Part shown: piece by piece, positions 20,778 to 31,086 of the stretch
How positions within the stretch are numbered: the stretch's first letter is position 1
Layout: the number at the start of each line of letters is the position of its first letter
Source: Mycoplasmatota bacterium
GTDB taxonomy: Bacteria > Bacillota_I > Bacilli_A > MAG-NZ
Direction of reading: 5' to 3'
DNA: 64,000 nucleotides
NCBI GenBank assembly: GCA_018394315.1
Contig: CP074575.1
Span: 992,001-1,056,000 of the forward strand
Program-made: the position numbers and the translations under genes
Notes under the pieces: model-generated
Databases searched by the model: none
Seen by the model: the letters and a program-made list of their open reading frames with translations, nothing else
Told to the model about the DNA's origin: nothing

Positions 20778-22817
20778 ATGAACGTTGTGATTGTAGAATC
20801 TCCATCTAAGGCAAGTACGATTGGAAAGTATCTTGGTAGTGACTACAAAGTATTATCGAGTGTAGGTCATATTCGAGATTTGGCTATCTCAGGTCCAGGT
20901 GGATTAGGTCTAGATATAGAAAACAACTTTAAACCTAAATATGCAAATATTAAAGGTAAAGAGAAAATTATAAAAGAGTTAAAGAGTGCTATTAAGAATG
21001 CTGACAAAGTATTTTTGGCTACCGACCCTGATAGGGAAGGAGAGGCAATTAGTTGGCATATTTTTGAAGTGCTTAAATTAAAAAGCGAATTAACTAACAG
21101 AGTAGTATTCAACGAAATAACGAAGAACGCAGTTATAAACTCAATTAATAATCCAAGAAAAATCAATATGGAATTAGTTAAATCTCAAGAAACAAGACGA
21201 ATAATAGATCGAATAATTGGATTTAAACTTTCAAACTTACTTCAAAGAAAAATTAATTCAAAATCAGCAGGACGTGTACAAAGTGTTGCATTAAAACTAA
21301 TTGTTGATCTAGAGAAACAAATTTTAGCATTTGTTCCAGAAGAGTATTGGGAAGTAAAAGCCAATTTTGATGGTCTAATTGCAAAGTTATCAAAGTATAA
21401 AAAGAAGACTTTAAAATTAACTAATGAAAAAGAAGTTAATGAGGTCTTAGATTCGCTAGGTGAGGATTTTATAATCGAAGAAATCCAAAAGTCTGATAAA
21501 AAGAAAGCTAGTAGAGCTCCATTTATCACATCAACCCTTCAGCAAGAAGCCTCTAATAAACTTAATTTTGGTGCTAAAAGAACAATGATGATAGCTCAAA
21601 AATTATATGAGGGTATAGAGATTGGTGGAGAAGTAGTTGGTCTTATTACTTATATGCGTACCGATTCTACTCGATTAAGTAAAGAATTTATATCAACCCT
21701 TAAGACTCACATAACTAATAATTATGGTGAGAACTATTATAAAAACTATTTCATCAAGAATAAGAAAAACGTTCAGGATGCACATGAAGCTATAAGACCA
21801 ACATTCATTAAGTTACATCCAGAAGAAATTAAGAAGTACTTAAAGAATGATGAGTACAAACTATATAAATTAATTTATAATAGAGTGGTTGCTGCTTTAA
21901 TGTCTGATGCAATCTATGAAGAAACTAAACTTAATATTGTTAATAATGATTATTTATTTAATGTAGCGGGTAAAGTTCTCAAGTTCGATGGATTTACTAA
22001 AGTTTACGATTATGATAGTGAAAAAGATAAGTTACTTCCTAAGTTCGAAGAAAATCAAATATTAAAAACAAATGAAGTAATCCCAGAACAAAAGTTTACT
22101 AAACCATCAACTAGATTTACTGAAGCAAGACTTATTAAAAAAATGGAAGAATTAGGGATAGGTAGACCGAGTACCTATGCACAAACTATGGATACTATCA
22201 AGAAGAGAAATTATGTTTCTATTGAAGAAAAGAAATTCATTCCTACTCAACAAGGAATAATGACTACAGATAAATTAGATGAATTTTTTAAAGGAATAAT
22301 AAATGTTGATTATACTGCTAAAATGGAAGATACTCTTGATAAAATAGCAGTCGGAGAGAGTGAAGGTACGGGAGTTGTTGGTGAATTTTATAATGAGTTC
22401 ATTCCTCTGGTAGAAAATGCATTTGAGAAGATGGAAAAGTTGCCACCTAAGAGTGCAGGAAGGGATTGCCCTGAATGTGGATCTGAGCTTGTTGTTAGAA
22501 ACGGCAGATACGGTGAGTTTGTAGCTTGTAGTAATTTTCCTACTTGTAAATTCATAGAAAAGGAAGAGAAGAAGGAAGTAATCTCAACTGGAGTTCAATG
22601 TCCAAAATGTAAAAAAGGGGAAATGGTTGAGCGAACTGCTTTGAAAGGAAAAAACAAAGGGAAGAAGTTTTATGCTTGTAATAATTTTCCTAAATGTAAA
22701 AATCTTTTAACTTATAAACCAACAGGAGAGTTATGCCCTGAATGTGATAGTTTATTAGTTGATTCTCCAAATGGAATAATTTGTAGTAATAAAAGTGAAT
22801 GCGGATACGAAAAATAA
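20778..22817 (+). CDS. topA: DNA topoisomerase I
   Basis: IVESPSKA, DPDREGEAI, SAGRVQS, ITYMRTDS, C-terminal Zn ribbons. Confidence 0.98.
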   Translation: MNVVIVESPSKASTIGKYLGSDYKVLSSVGHIRDLAISGPGGLGLDIENNFKPKYANIKGKEKIIKELKSAIKNADKVFLATDPDREGEAISWHIFEVLKLKSELTNRVVFNEITKNAVINSINNPRKINMELVKSQETRRIIDRIIGFKLSNLLQRKINSKSAGRVQSVALKLIVDLEKQILAFVPEEYWEVKANFDGLIAKLSKYKKKTLKLTNEKEVNEVLDSLGEDFIIEEIQKSDKKKASRAPFITSTLQQEASNKLNFGAKRTMMIAQKLYEGIEIGGEVVGLITYMRTDSTRLSKEFISTLKTHITNNYGENYYKNYFIKNKKNVQDAHEAIRPTFIKLHPEEIKKYLKNDEYKLYKLIYNRVVAALMSDAIYEETKLNIVNNDYLFNVAGKVLKFDGFTKVYDYDSEKDKLLPKFEENQILKTNEVIPEQKFTKPSTRFTEARLIKKMEELGIGRPSTYAQTMDTIKKRNYVSIEEKKFIPTQQGIMTTDKLDEFFKGIINVDYTAKMEDTLDKIAVGESEGTGVVGEFYNEFIPLVENAFEKMEKLPPKSAGRDCPECGSELVVRNGRYGEFVACSNFPTCKFIEKEEKKEVISTGVQCPKCKKGEMVERTALKGKNKGKKFYACNNFPKCKNLLTYKPTGELCPECDSLLVDSPNGIICSNKSECGYEK

Positions 22818-22850
22818 GATAGTATGACTATCTTTTTTTTTGGAGGAAAT

Positions 22851-22961
22851 ATGGGATTTTTAATTTTAGGTACTGTGGTTTTTCTTATAAGCTTATTTTA
22901 TATAATTACGTTTTCTAAAGATGGATTATTCGAATATGAAGAAAACCTTACCAAGGAGTAA
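22851..22961 (+). CDS. 36-aa single-TM small protein (not in ORF track)
   Basis: GGAGG RBS; MGFLILGTVVFLISLFYIITFSKDGLFEYEENLTKE*. Confidence 0.6.
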   Translation: MGFLILGTVVFLISLFYIITFSKDGLFEYEENLTKE

Positions 22962-23146
22962 GTCTTTTATTCATACTTATATAATGTACAACTTTATCTC
23001 CTTGTCTATAAGCGATGATTCATCATATGCATCAGTTCCACAACAAAGTCTAGATTCTTGTCCTTAAATTTAGTAGAACATGAATAATCTGTTTATTTTA
23101 TATTCTTTTCTTATCAGAAAATATATATATTTTAATAGGTGATAAA

Positions 23147-24415
23147 ATGGATAAGTTCTATTTAATAGGCATTAAAGGTTCAGGAATGAGCTCACTGGCA
23201 AACATCCTTTATGACTTAGGATATGTTGTTGAAGGCTCTGATAAATCTGATCATTTCTTTACTGAAGATTTATTAAGAGAAAAGCAAATTGTTATAAATG
23301 AATATTCAGAAAATAATATTAAGGAAGGCTTTATATATATAAAGGGTAACTCAGTAGACAATGAAGAAGTGATGTGTGTAAAAAACAAAGGGTATAAAAT
23401 GTATTCTTATAATGAGTTCATTAATGACTTTTTCAAAGGAGTTAAAATAGCTGTTTCTGGTACACATGGAAAAACTACTACATGTATGATGATAGCTCAT
23501 ATATTAAAGAGTTATTATAAGACAACTTATTTGGTTGGTGATGGAACAGGTGTTGGAGAAAGAGAGTACACTCATTTTGTATTTGAAGCATGTGAATATA
23601 AAGATCATTTCTTAGCTCATAATGTAGATTATGGAGTAATTACTAACATAGACTTTGATCATCCCGATTATTTTAATAGTCTTTCGGATGTTCAAAACTC
23701 TTTTGATAAATTCTCTTTGAAAGCTAATGAGGTAGTAATAAATGGAAAACACAATGTAAAAAACAATAATCAGACCTCATTTGGATTTAGTAATAATTAT
23801 GATGTATCATGCAAAGTACTTTATAAAGATGAAATGGGTTATAAAATAAAGATTGACTATGGGGAATCTATAGAACTATTCTTACCATTTTATGGAGAGT
23901 ATATGATTGAAAACTTCTTAGCTACATTTACTCTTTGTCTAGTCTTAGGTATACCTATTGATCATATTAATAAGGAAATATTAACTTTTCGATTGCCTAA
24001 GAGAAGGTTTACGGAGTATCTAATAAACAGTCAAGTGGTTATAGATGATTATGCACATCATCCGAACGAAATTAAAGCAAGTTTATCAGCTATAAGACAA
24101 AAATATAGTGATAAGTTGATTGCACTAACATTTCAACCGCACACTTATTCAAGGACAAGAATGTATAAAGATGAATTTGTAGAGATTTTATCTACAGTAG
24201 ATGTTTTGTTTATTGATTCAGTTTTTTCTTCTGCTAGAGAATTAGAGTCTAATGAAGAAATTCTTATAGATTTAATAGAAAATTCTAATAAATACTCTTT
24301 AAATGAGTTGGGGCCATTCATCGGAAAAAAGGATTATATTTTAGTTTTTATGGGAGCAGGTGATATAAACAATGAAATAAACAAGTTATATATAGATAAT
24401 CATTGTTGTTTTTGA
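23147..24415 (+). CDS. murC: UDP-N-acetylmuramate--L-alanine ligase
   Basis: IGIKGSGMSSLA, GTHGKTTT, FEACEY, DDYAHHPNEI, FQPHTYSRT. Confidence 0.93.
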   Translation: MDKFYLIGIKGSGMSSLANILYDLGYVVEGSDKSDHFFTEDLLREKQIVINEYSENNIKEGFIYIKGNSVDNEEVMCVKNKGYKMYSYNEFINDFFKGVKIAVSGTHGKTTTCMMIAHILKSYYKTTYLVGDGTGVGEREYTHFVFEACEYKDHFLAHNVDYGVITNIDFDHPDYFNSLSDVQNSFDKFSLKANEVVINGKHNVKNNNQTSFGFSNNYDVSCKVLYKDEMGYKIKIDYGESIELFLPFYGEYMIENFLATFTLCLVLGIPIDHINKEILTFRLPKRRFTEYLINSQVVIDDYAHHPNEIKASLSAIRQKYSDKLIALTFQPHTYSRTRMYKDEFVEILSTVDVLFIDSVFSSARELESNEEILIDLIENSNKYSLNELGPFIGKKDYILVFMGAGDINNEINKLYIDNHCCF

Positions 24416-24440
24416 TATAATGTAGTACCGAGGTGATTAC

Positions 24441-25439
24441 ATGAAAAAGAATAAAACAACTATATATAGCGTAGCAAACAAAGCTCAAGTATCTTTAGCA
24501 ACTGTATCAAGAGTATTAAATTATCCTGAAAAAGTTAAAGAAGAAACAAGGAAAAGAGTTCTAGAAGTTATTGAGGAACTAGATTATCGTCCAAATGCAA
24601 TAGCAAGAGGCTTAGCTTCAAGAAAATCAACGTTTATAGGTATTATAGTACCTGATTTTTCGAGAGGGAGTGTTGCGGAGGCTATTAATGGTATTTGTAA
24701 ATTAGCAAATTCTTATGGTTATCAAATTATGGTGTTTCCTGCTGAAGGTGAAAACCGCGTAGCTAAGGATGTTTGGTCAGATGTAATTGCTTCTCAAGTT
24801 GATGGAGTGCTTTATTTAAATGATTTGCTTATAGAAGAAGATTTAGATCATATTAAGAAGATGAATATTCCAGTTGTTATAGCGAGTAATGTTGTTGACG
24901 ATAGTGAAATAGCAAGTGTTAATGTTGATTATTATGATGCTGCATATACTATTACTAAACTATTAATTGATAGAGGTAGAAAAGATATTTTATTTGCAAC
25001 TACAGCTAGAATATATTCTATGAATAATGAAAAAGAAAGAGGATACTTAGCTGCGATTGAAGAGGCTGGGTTAAATCCTAGAATCTTAAAAACTTCAGGA
25101 AAGCCTAAGTTGAATAAACCGGTTATTAATGAATACTTAGATAATAATAAAATAGATGCTGTTGTTGCGGTAAGAGATTCGATTGCAGTTTCAGTAATGA
25201 ATATAGCTATCGATAGAGGTTATGAGGTTCCAAATAAACTTGAGGTATATGGATTCCAAAACACAAGAGCTGCCCTTTTATCTAGACCACAATTATCTAC
25301 AATTGATTCACCAACTTATGAAATTGGGAAAGTTGCGATGGAAATGTTGACAGTGATGATGGAAGATGATAATGTTAAGGAAATGAAAGTATTAGTTCCT
25401 TATGGCATAGTTGAAAGAGGAACAACTAAAACTAAATAG
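24441..25439 (+). CDS. ccpA: LacI-family regulator, CcpA-like
   Basis: TIYSVANKAQVSLATVSRVLN and YRPNAIARGLASRKS (CcpA-like hinge). Confidence 0.8.
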   Translation: MKKNKTTIYSVANKAQVSLATVSRVLNYPEKVKEETRKRVLEVIEELDYRPNAIARGLASRKSTFIGIIVPDFSRGSVAEAINGICKLANSYGYQIMVFPAEGENRVAKDVWSDVIASQVDGVLYLNDLLIEEDLDHIKKMNIPVVIASNVVDDSEIASVNVDYYDAAYTITKLLIDRGRKDILFATTARIYSMNNEKERGYLAAIEEAGLNPRILKTSGKPKLNKPVINEYLDNNKIDAVVAVRDSIAVSVMNIAIDRGYEVPNKLEVYGFQNTRAALLSRPQLSTIDSPTYEIGKVAMEMLTVMMEDDNVKEMKVLVPYGIVERGTTKTK

Positions 25440-25444
25440 ACGAA

Positions 25445-25640
25445 GAATAAGAAGAGTAACTAATATGATGTTAAGTTAAGAGACTTAGTGGTTGGTGGAA
25501 ACTAAGATTAGCAGTTAGTGAAATACACTTAGGAGTTATTCGTATCTTCTGCGATAAAGGAGGTAGAGTGCATAACATACGTTATGAACTAAGGTGGTAC
25601 CGCGAAATCATTCGCCCTTAGATTAGGGGCGTTTTTTATT
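25445..25640 (+). ncRNA. T-box leader (Tyr)
   Basis: AGAGA/GGTGGAA stem-I motifs, specifier TAC at 25524-25526, AAGGTGGTACCGCG at 25591, terminator 25613-25637. Confidence 0.93.
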
Positions 25641-25658
25641 TAATTTAGGAGGAATATT

Positions 25659-26894
25659 ATGAATTTATTTAAAGAATTGGAACTTAGAAATTGTATAGCT
25701 CAAGTATCTGATCCTAATATTGAAAATGTTTTGAATAATGAGAAAGTTACTTTCTATTTGGGTATAGATCCAACAGCTGATAGTATGCATGTTGGACATT
25801 TGTTTGGCCTTATAAATTGTAGGAGATTACAATTAGCTGGACATAAACCAATAATACTAGTTGGTGGAGCTACAGGTATGATAGGAGATCCATCTGGTAA
25901 AAGTGATGAAAGAAATTTACTAACTGCAGACCATATTGATAAAAACGTTCTTGCTTTGAGTAAACAAATCTCTAAACTAATTGATGCTAAAATGGTTAAC
26001 AATTATGATTGGACAAAAGAGTATGATGTTATTACATTCTTAAGAGATATTGGGAAATACTTTAATATTAATTATATGCTAGCAAAAGAGTCTGTGAAGA
26101 CAAGACTTGATAATGGAATTTCTTATACTGAGTTTACTTACCAAATAATGCAAGCATTAGATTTTCTTCATTTGTATAAAGATGACAACTGTACTATGCA
26201 AGTTGGAGGCACTGAACAATGGGGGAATATAACTGCTGGTCTTGAACTTATTAGGAAACATATAGGACACGAAGCAAAAGCATATGGATTAAATTGGCCT
26301 TTAATAACAAAAAGTGATGGAACTAAGTTTGGGAAAACAGCAGGTGGAGCTGTATGGCTTGATCCAAAAAGAACATCTCCATATGAGTTTTATCAGTTTT
26401 GGATTAACACTCCTGATGGAGATGTAATAACTTACCTTAAACAATTTACATTCTTATCCTTGGAGGAGATTGATGAAATTGAAAAAGAAATGATAAAAAA
26501 CCCACATCTAAGAAATGCTCAAAAGATTTTGGGTAAAGAAGTGACTTCTTTAGTTCATAGCGAAAAAGCATATACTGATGCTGTTAGAATAACAGAAGCG
26601 TTGTTTAGTGGAAATATTAAAGAATTATCTGCAAGTGAAATAGAAGTAGGATTCAAGGATGTTCCAAGTACCGAGGTTACTGAAGATGTTGGTATTATTG
26701 ATGCTTTAGTAAATTCGAAATTAGCATCAAGCAAAAGAGAGGCTAGACAATTTTTAAGCAGTAATGCTGTTAGTGTGAATGGAGATAAGGTCTCTGAATT
26801 AGATTTTGTTTTAAGAAAAACTGATGCAATTGAAGGAAAGTTCACTGTTATTAAAAGGGGTAAGAAGAAGTACGCTATAGTAAGTTATAAGTAA
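25659..26894 (+). CDS. tyrS: Tyrosine--tRNA ligase
   Basis: GIDPTADSMHVGH, KFGKT, C-terminal S4 domain. Confidence 0.98.
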   Translation: MNLFKELELRNCIAQVSDPNIENVLNNEKVTFYLGIDPTADSMHVGHLFGLINCRRLQLAGHKPIILVGGATGMIGDPSGKSDERNLLTADHIDKNVLALSKQISKLIDAKMVNNYDWTKEYDVITFLRDIGKYFNINYMLAKESVKTRLDNGISYTEFTYQIMQALDFLHLYKDDNCTMQVGGTEQWGNITAGLELIRKHIGHEAKAYGLNWPLITKSDGTKFGKTAGGAVWLDPKRTSPYEFYQFWINTPDGDVITYLKQFTFLSLEEIDEIEKEMIKNPHLRNAQKILGKEVTSLVHSEKAYTDAVRITEALFSGNIKELSASEIEVGFKDVPSTEVTEDVGIIDALVNSKLASSKREARQFLSSNAVSVNGDKVSELDFVLRKTDAIEGKFTVIKRGKKKYAIVSYK

Positions 26895-26926
26895 AAATCC
26901 ATCCTTATAAGGTTGGATTTTTTTTG

Positions 26927-27217
26927 TTAGATAATGCCTATTATAACTTGACCGTTATCTGAAACTATTAAGCCTTCTGAACGTAATAGTTTAATTTGAA
27001 GATTGAAACTGTATGGATCTTTTATAGAAACTTTCATGCTACTATTGACAACACGGTGCCAAGGTAAGTTATATTTTTTGCTACTTGTATGAAGAATTCT
27101 AGCTACTTGTCTTGCGCCATTGGGATTGCCTGCTAGCTCAGCAACTTCCTTATACGATAAAACATTGCCAAACTTTATAGATTTTATAGTTTCTATTATT
27201 CTTTCTGAAAAATTCAT
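26927..27217 (-). CDS. Alkyltransferase-like protein (MGMT family, Trp in place of catalytic Cys)
   Basis: GNVLSYKEVA, ARQV, LPWHRVV. Confidence 0.9.
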   Translation of the reverse strand: MNFSERIIETIKSIKFGNVLSYKEVAELAGNPNGARQVARILHTSSKKYNLPWHRVVNSSMKVSIKDPYSFNLQIKLLRSEGLIVSDNGQVIIGII

Positions 27218-27221
27218 CTAG

Positions 27222-28982
27222 TTATAGAACTTCTTGTAGCTTATTTATTAATTCGTCCAATCTATTTATAACTGCGACAAATGGATCTTTTGTAGTTAGG
27301 TCTACGCCAGCTTTTTTAACTTGGTCGACAGGATACTCAGACCCACCTGATTTAAGCAATCCTAAATATTTATCTAAAGCACCTTGTTTGCCATTTTTAA
27401 CATCTTCATATATTTTAAGTGATGCTGCATAACTAGTAGCATATTTATAAACATAGAAAGGTGTATAGAATAAATGAGGTATATATGCCCAAACGAACTC
27501 CTTTACTTCCTCATTCTCTAAATCTAAATCATAATACTCTCTATAAAGATTTTTCATTATTGTTGATAGTGCACTATATGTAATTGGATTTCCTTCTTCT
27601 ACTAACTTATGAGCTTGGTATTCATAATCTGCAAATAAGCTCTGTCGATAGAAGGTACCTAAAATATCATCGATTGCTTGTTGAAGTAATACTATTTTTT
27701 CATTATTATCAGTTAAGTTATCGAATAAGTAATCCAATAGCAAATGCTCATTAAATGTTGAAGCTACTTCAGCCACGAATATGGTATAGCCAGCTGTTGC
27801 GAATGGCTGAGCTTTACTTGCGAATAATGTATGCATTGAATGTCCGGCTTCATGAGCTACCGTTAAGACATCTCCTAAAGAGTTATCATAATTCAGTAAT
27901 ATGAATGGATTATATCCATAGATACTTGTTGAGTATGCTCCTGTCCTTTTTCCTGGTTTCTCATAAACATCAACTTGACCATCTTGTAATGCGATTTTTG
28001 CATATTCATTAAATTCACCTGGGATTTTAGAAGCTGCTTTTTCGAATAATTTAAGAGCTTCTTCGTAAGAATAATTGCTTTTTGATTTAACTAAAGGTAA
28101 GAATCTATCATATGTACGATAGTCTGTTATATTAAGAACTTTTTTTCTAAGTTCAATATATTTTTTAATAGGCTTATTGTTTTGTTTTGTAGTGTTAATC
28201 AAAGTTAGATAAACTTCTTTAGGAACGTTATCATTAAATAAGTAACTTTCTAAAGAAGAAGAATAGTTCCTAGACTTTGCATTAGCCCAATCAGCTTGAA
28301 CTCTAGAATCATATATCGCAGCATATGTATTTTTGTGATTAGCGTAATGAGAAAATACAGACTTGAATACATTGAAACGGTCTTCTTGATTTTTTAGTTC
28401 AGCTAAATATTTTCTATAATTACTGTTTGTTACTTCAATTTCTTCCCCATTCGACAAAGTAACCATCTCAGAACTATTATCTGCATTTGCTAGCCCTGAA
28501 TAAAGATTACTAGCTATATTAGATGATTGCGAAAAATTAGCGATAATTGATTCTTTATCTTTATCAAGAATATGTTCTTGCATTCTAAATAAGTTTTCAA
28601 TTTCAAACTTATACTCTTGAAGTTTCTTGCTTTTTTCAAGAAACTTGTTGATTTTATCTTTTCCAGTACTTAATTTCTCTGGTCTACTAAATGCATTTGC
28701 TTGTGTATAATCTGAGTAGACCATCATAATCTCTTTATACTTTTTATCGTTGTGTACATCTTTTGTATTTAAGTCGTTTTGCATATGTGCGTAAACTGCA
28801 AGTTTACGTATTTCCTTGAACAAGTTCTCGTTAAATGTATAGTATTCATCAAATGATTTGAATTCACCTAATTTCGTCTCATAATTTTTAAGTTGTTGAA
28901 TTTGTTTTTTTACTTCATTGAATGAATCACTCCATTCATTCCAACTATTAAATATAGTCGTTAGATCCCATTTTTTTAACAT
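27222..28982 (-). CDS. pepF: Oligoendopeptidase F (M3B)
   Basis: GKRTGAYS, HEAGHSMH, AEVASTFNE, WAYIPH. Confidence 0.96.
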   Translation of the reverse strand: MLKKWDLTTIFNSWNEWSDSFNEVKKQIQQLKNYETKLGEFKSFDEYYTFNENLFKEIRKLAVYAHMQNDLNTKDVHNDKKYKEIMMVYSDYTQANAFSRPEKLSTGKDKINKFLEKSKKLQEYKFEIENLFRMQEHILDKDKESIIANFSQSSNIASNLYSGLANADNSSEMVTLSNGEEIEVTNSNYRKYLAELKNQEDRFNVFKSVFSHYANHKNTYAAIYDSRVQADWANAKSRNYSSSLESYLFNDNVPKEVYLTLINTTKQNNKPIKKYIELRKKVLNITDYRTYDRFLPLVKSKSNYSYEEALKLFEKAASKIPGEFNEYAKIALQDGQVDVYEKPGKRTGAYSTSIYGYNPFILLNYDNSLGDVLTVAHEAGHSMHTLFASKAQPFATAGYTIFVAEVASTFNEHLLLDYLFDNLTDNNEKIVLLQQAIDDILGTFYRQSLFADYEYQAHKLVEEGNPITYSALSTIMKNLYREYYDLDLENEEVKEFVWAYIPHLFYTPFYVYKYATSYAASLKIYEDVKNGKQGALDKYLGLLKSGGSEYPVDQVKKAGVDLTTKDPFVAVINRLDELINKLQEVL

Positions 28983-29050
28983 ATGTACCTCCTCGTATCA
29001 ATTATATCATAACTCTATTTTGAGAACAAAAAAGCAGATTGAATCTGCTT

Positions 29051-30043
29051 TTATCTTTTCCTACCTAAACCAAGTTTATTATTTGCTTTCATGATTTTCT
29101 TATACGCAATTTTACTTATTTTGTCACGACCTACATCAAGAATTTCATCAATCTTAGTAGATTTTATGATGTTGTTATATTTTTCTTGAATTGGTTTTAT
29201 TGTAGCTACAACTATATCTGCCAAATCTGATTTAAATTCTCCGTATCCTTTACCTCTATATTTATCTTCAATTTCTTTGATCGATTTCTTAGTTAAAGTG
29301 GAATAAATAGTCATTAAATTAGAGATGCCTGGTTTCTTTTCTAAATCAAATCTTACATCGCTAAAAGAGTCAGTGACAGCACCTTTAATTTTATTCTTAA
29401 TTCTATTTAGGTCATCAAGTAATAATATATATCCTTTATCTGAATCATCAGATTTACTCATTTTGTTTAATGGATCCTGTAAGTCCATAATTCTAGCGCC
29501 TTGCTTTGGAATTACGGGCTCGGGAACTTTGAAGAAATCCCCGTGTCTTGAGTTGAACCTTTGAGCGATATTTCTAGTTAGTTCTATATGTTGTTTTTGA
29601 TCATCGCCAACTGGTACAAAATCAGCATCGTATAAAATTATATCTGCGGCCATTAACACTGGATATGTAAATAGACTTGCAGTAATTGATTCACCTGCTT
29701 GTTTACTAATTTGGTCTTTATATTGAGTCATTCTACCTAACTCTCCAATGTATGAATGACATTCTAGTAAATACGCTAGCTGCGAGTGTGCTGGTATCTC
29801 AGACTGGATAAATATAGTCACTTTATCAGGGTCTAGTCCACAAGCAATATAAAGTGCAGTAATATCTTTAATTCTCTTTCTTAATTTTAATCTATCTTGT
29901 GGTTTGGTAAGTGCATGTAAGTCAGCTATGAAAATGAACATTTCATATTCATTTTGAAACTCGATAAAGTTTTTAATCGCTCCAATATAGTTTCCAAGTG
30001 TTAATTCACCCGTAGGTTTTATTCCTGAAACCATTCTTTTCAT
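29051..30043 (-). CDS. trpS: Tryptophan--tRNA ligase
   Basis: SGIKPTGELTLGNYIG, YPVLMAADI, VPVGDDQ, KMSKS. Confidence 0.98.
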   Translation of the reverse strand: MKRMVSGIKPTGELTLGNYIGAIKNFIEFQNEYEMFIFIADLHALTKPQDRLKLRKRIKDITALYIACGLDPDKVTIFIQSEIPAHSQLAYLLECHSYIGELGRMTQYKDQISKQAGESITASLFTYPVLMAADIILYDADFVPVGDDQKQHIELTRNIAQRFNSRHGDFFKVPEPVIPKQGARIMDLQDPLNKMSKSDDSDKGYILLLDDLNRIKNKIKGAVTDSFSDVRFDLEKKPGISNLMTIYSTLTKKSIKEIEDKYRGKGYGEFKSDLADIVVATIKPIQEKYNNIIKSTKIDEILDVGRDKISKIAYKKIMKANNKLGLGRKR

Positions 30044-30059
30044 TAAAATCATCTCCTTA

Positions 30060-30285
30060 AATTAAAAAGTCTCTTGCATTTTTGCAAGAGGACGAATTTA
30101 TCCGTGGTACCACCTCGTTTTAGTCTATGACCCTTAAACCCGTAACGAGGGGAACGTGGTCACCTACGCTCTTCAGTGACCCACTCATGAATCCATTCAA
30201 TAAATAAAACTTGTTTGTTTTCACCAACCACAAACTCTCTAGAAAGTTTTATTTTATCTACTACTTTCAATCATTGTTTTATTCA
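30060..30285 (-). ncRNA. T-box leader (Trp)
   Basis: Minus strand: AGAGAG...GGTGAAA, specifier TGG (30193-30195), GAGGTGGTACCACG T-box, terminator CTCTTGCA-AAAA-TGCAAGAG. Confidence 0.93.
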
Positions 30286-31086
30286 TTATAACACAGCAAT
30301 TACTGTTGTCAACGTATTCAAAAGAAGACGTGAAAGGTAAACATAATAATATATAGTTTATTCTAAAATAATATATAAATGACAATTCAGGTGTGAAATT
30401 TAGACAGTATAGAGGAAAAATTGAAGAATAATATTGGTTTACTCCAAATTTCGACAATACTTTATTAATGTCTCAGCGTATAATTGGAAGTAATTAGACA
30501 AGTAGTTTCTTAGACACTTATTGATTGAAGATACCGGTAGTATACTGATATAAAGTTTGTACTTATTTTAAAGACGGAGTATAGGTAAGCATCATTTAGC
30601 AATTAGACTGAAGTAGATAAAAAGAATTCTGCTTTTGTATAATATAAATAGGAGGTGTAAGAATGTCATAACTACATATATAATTCTTGAAATCGAGTGA
30701 GAGTTGGTTTTCATATGATTTTATCTCAGTGGTACTTGAAAAATACCGTACATATTATGACTAATATACATTTTTAATACGGAGGTTATATGAAGTCTAT
30801 ATTTAAAAGCTTGATGGATAGGTAAAGTAAGAAATGAAGATTTAGAAGTATAGGTTTGACTTACAATAAAAAAACAAACTACATTGATATTTACCAAAAT
30901 TAAAAGAAAACGGAATGAAGTTTATAAATATATACAATCTGGATATTGTAAAAACGCTTTCCAAATAAAATTCACAAATTGTTCACACAATATTGGTAAG
31001 TTTTACTTTATTGACTTAGGGTTTATATTTTGGTAGAATGTAGTTAATTAACTAAGAGTTAATATAAATTAAAGGGAGGAAACAAA

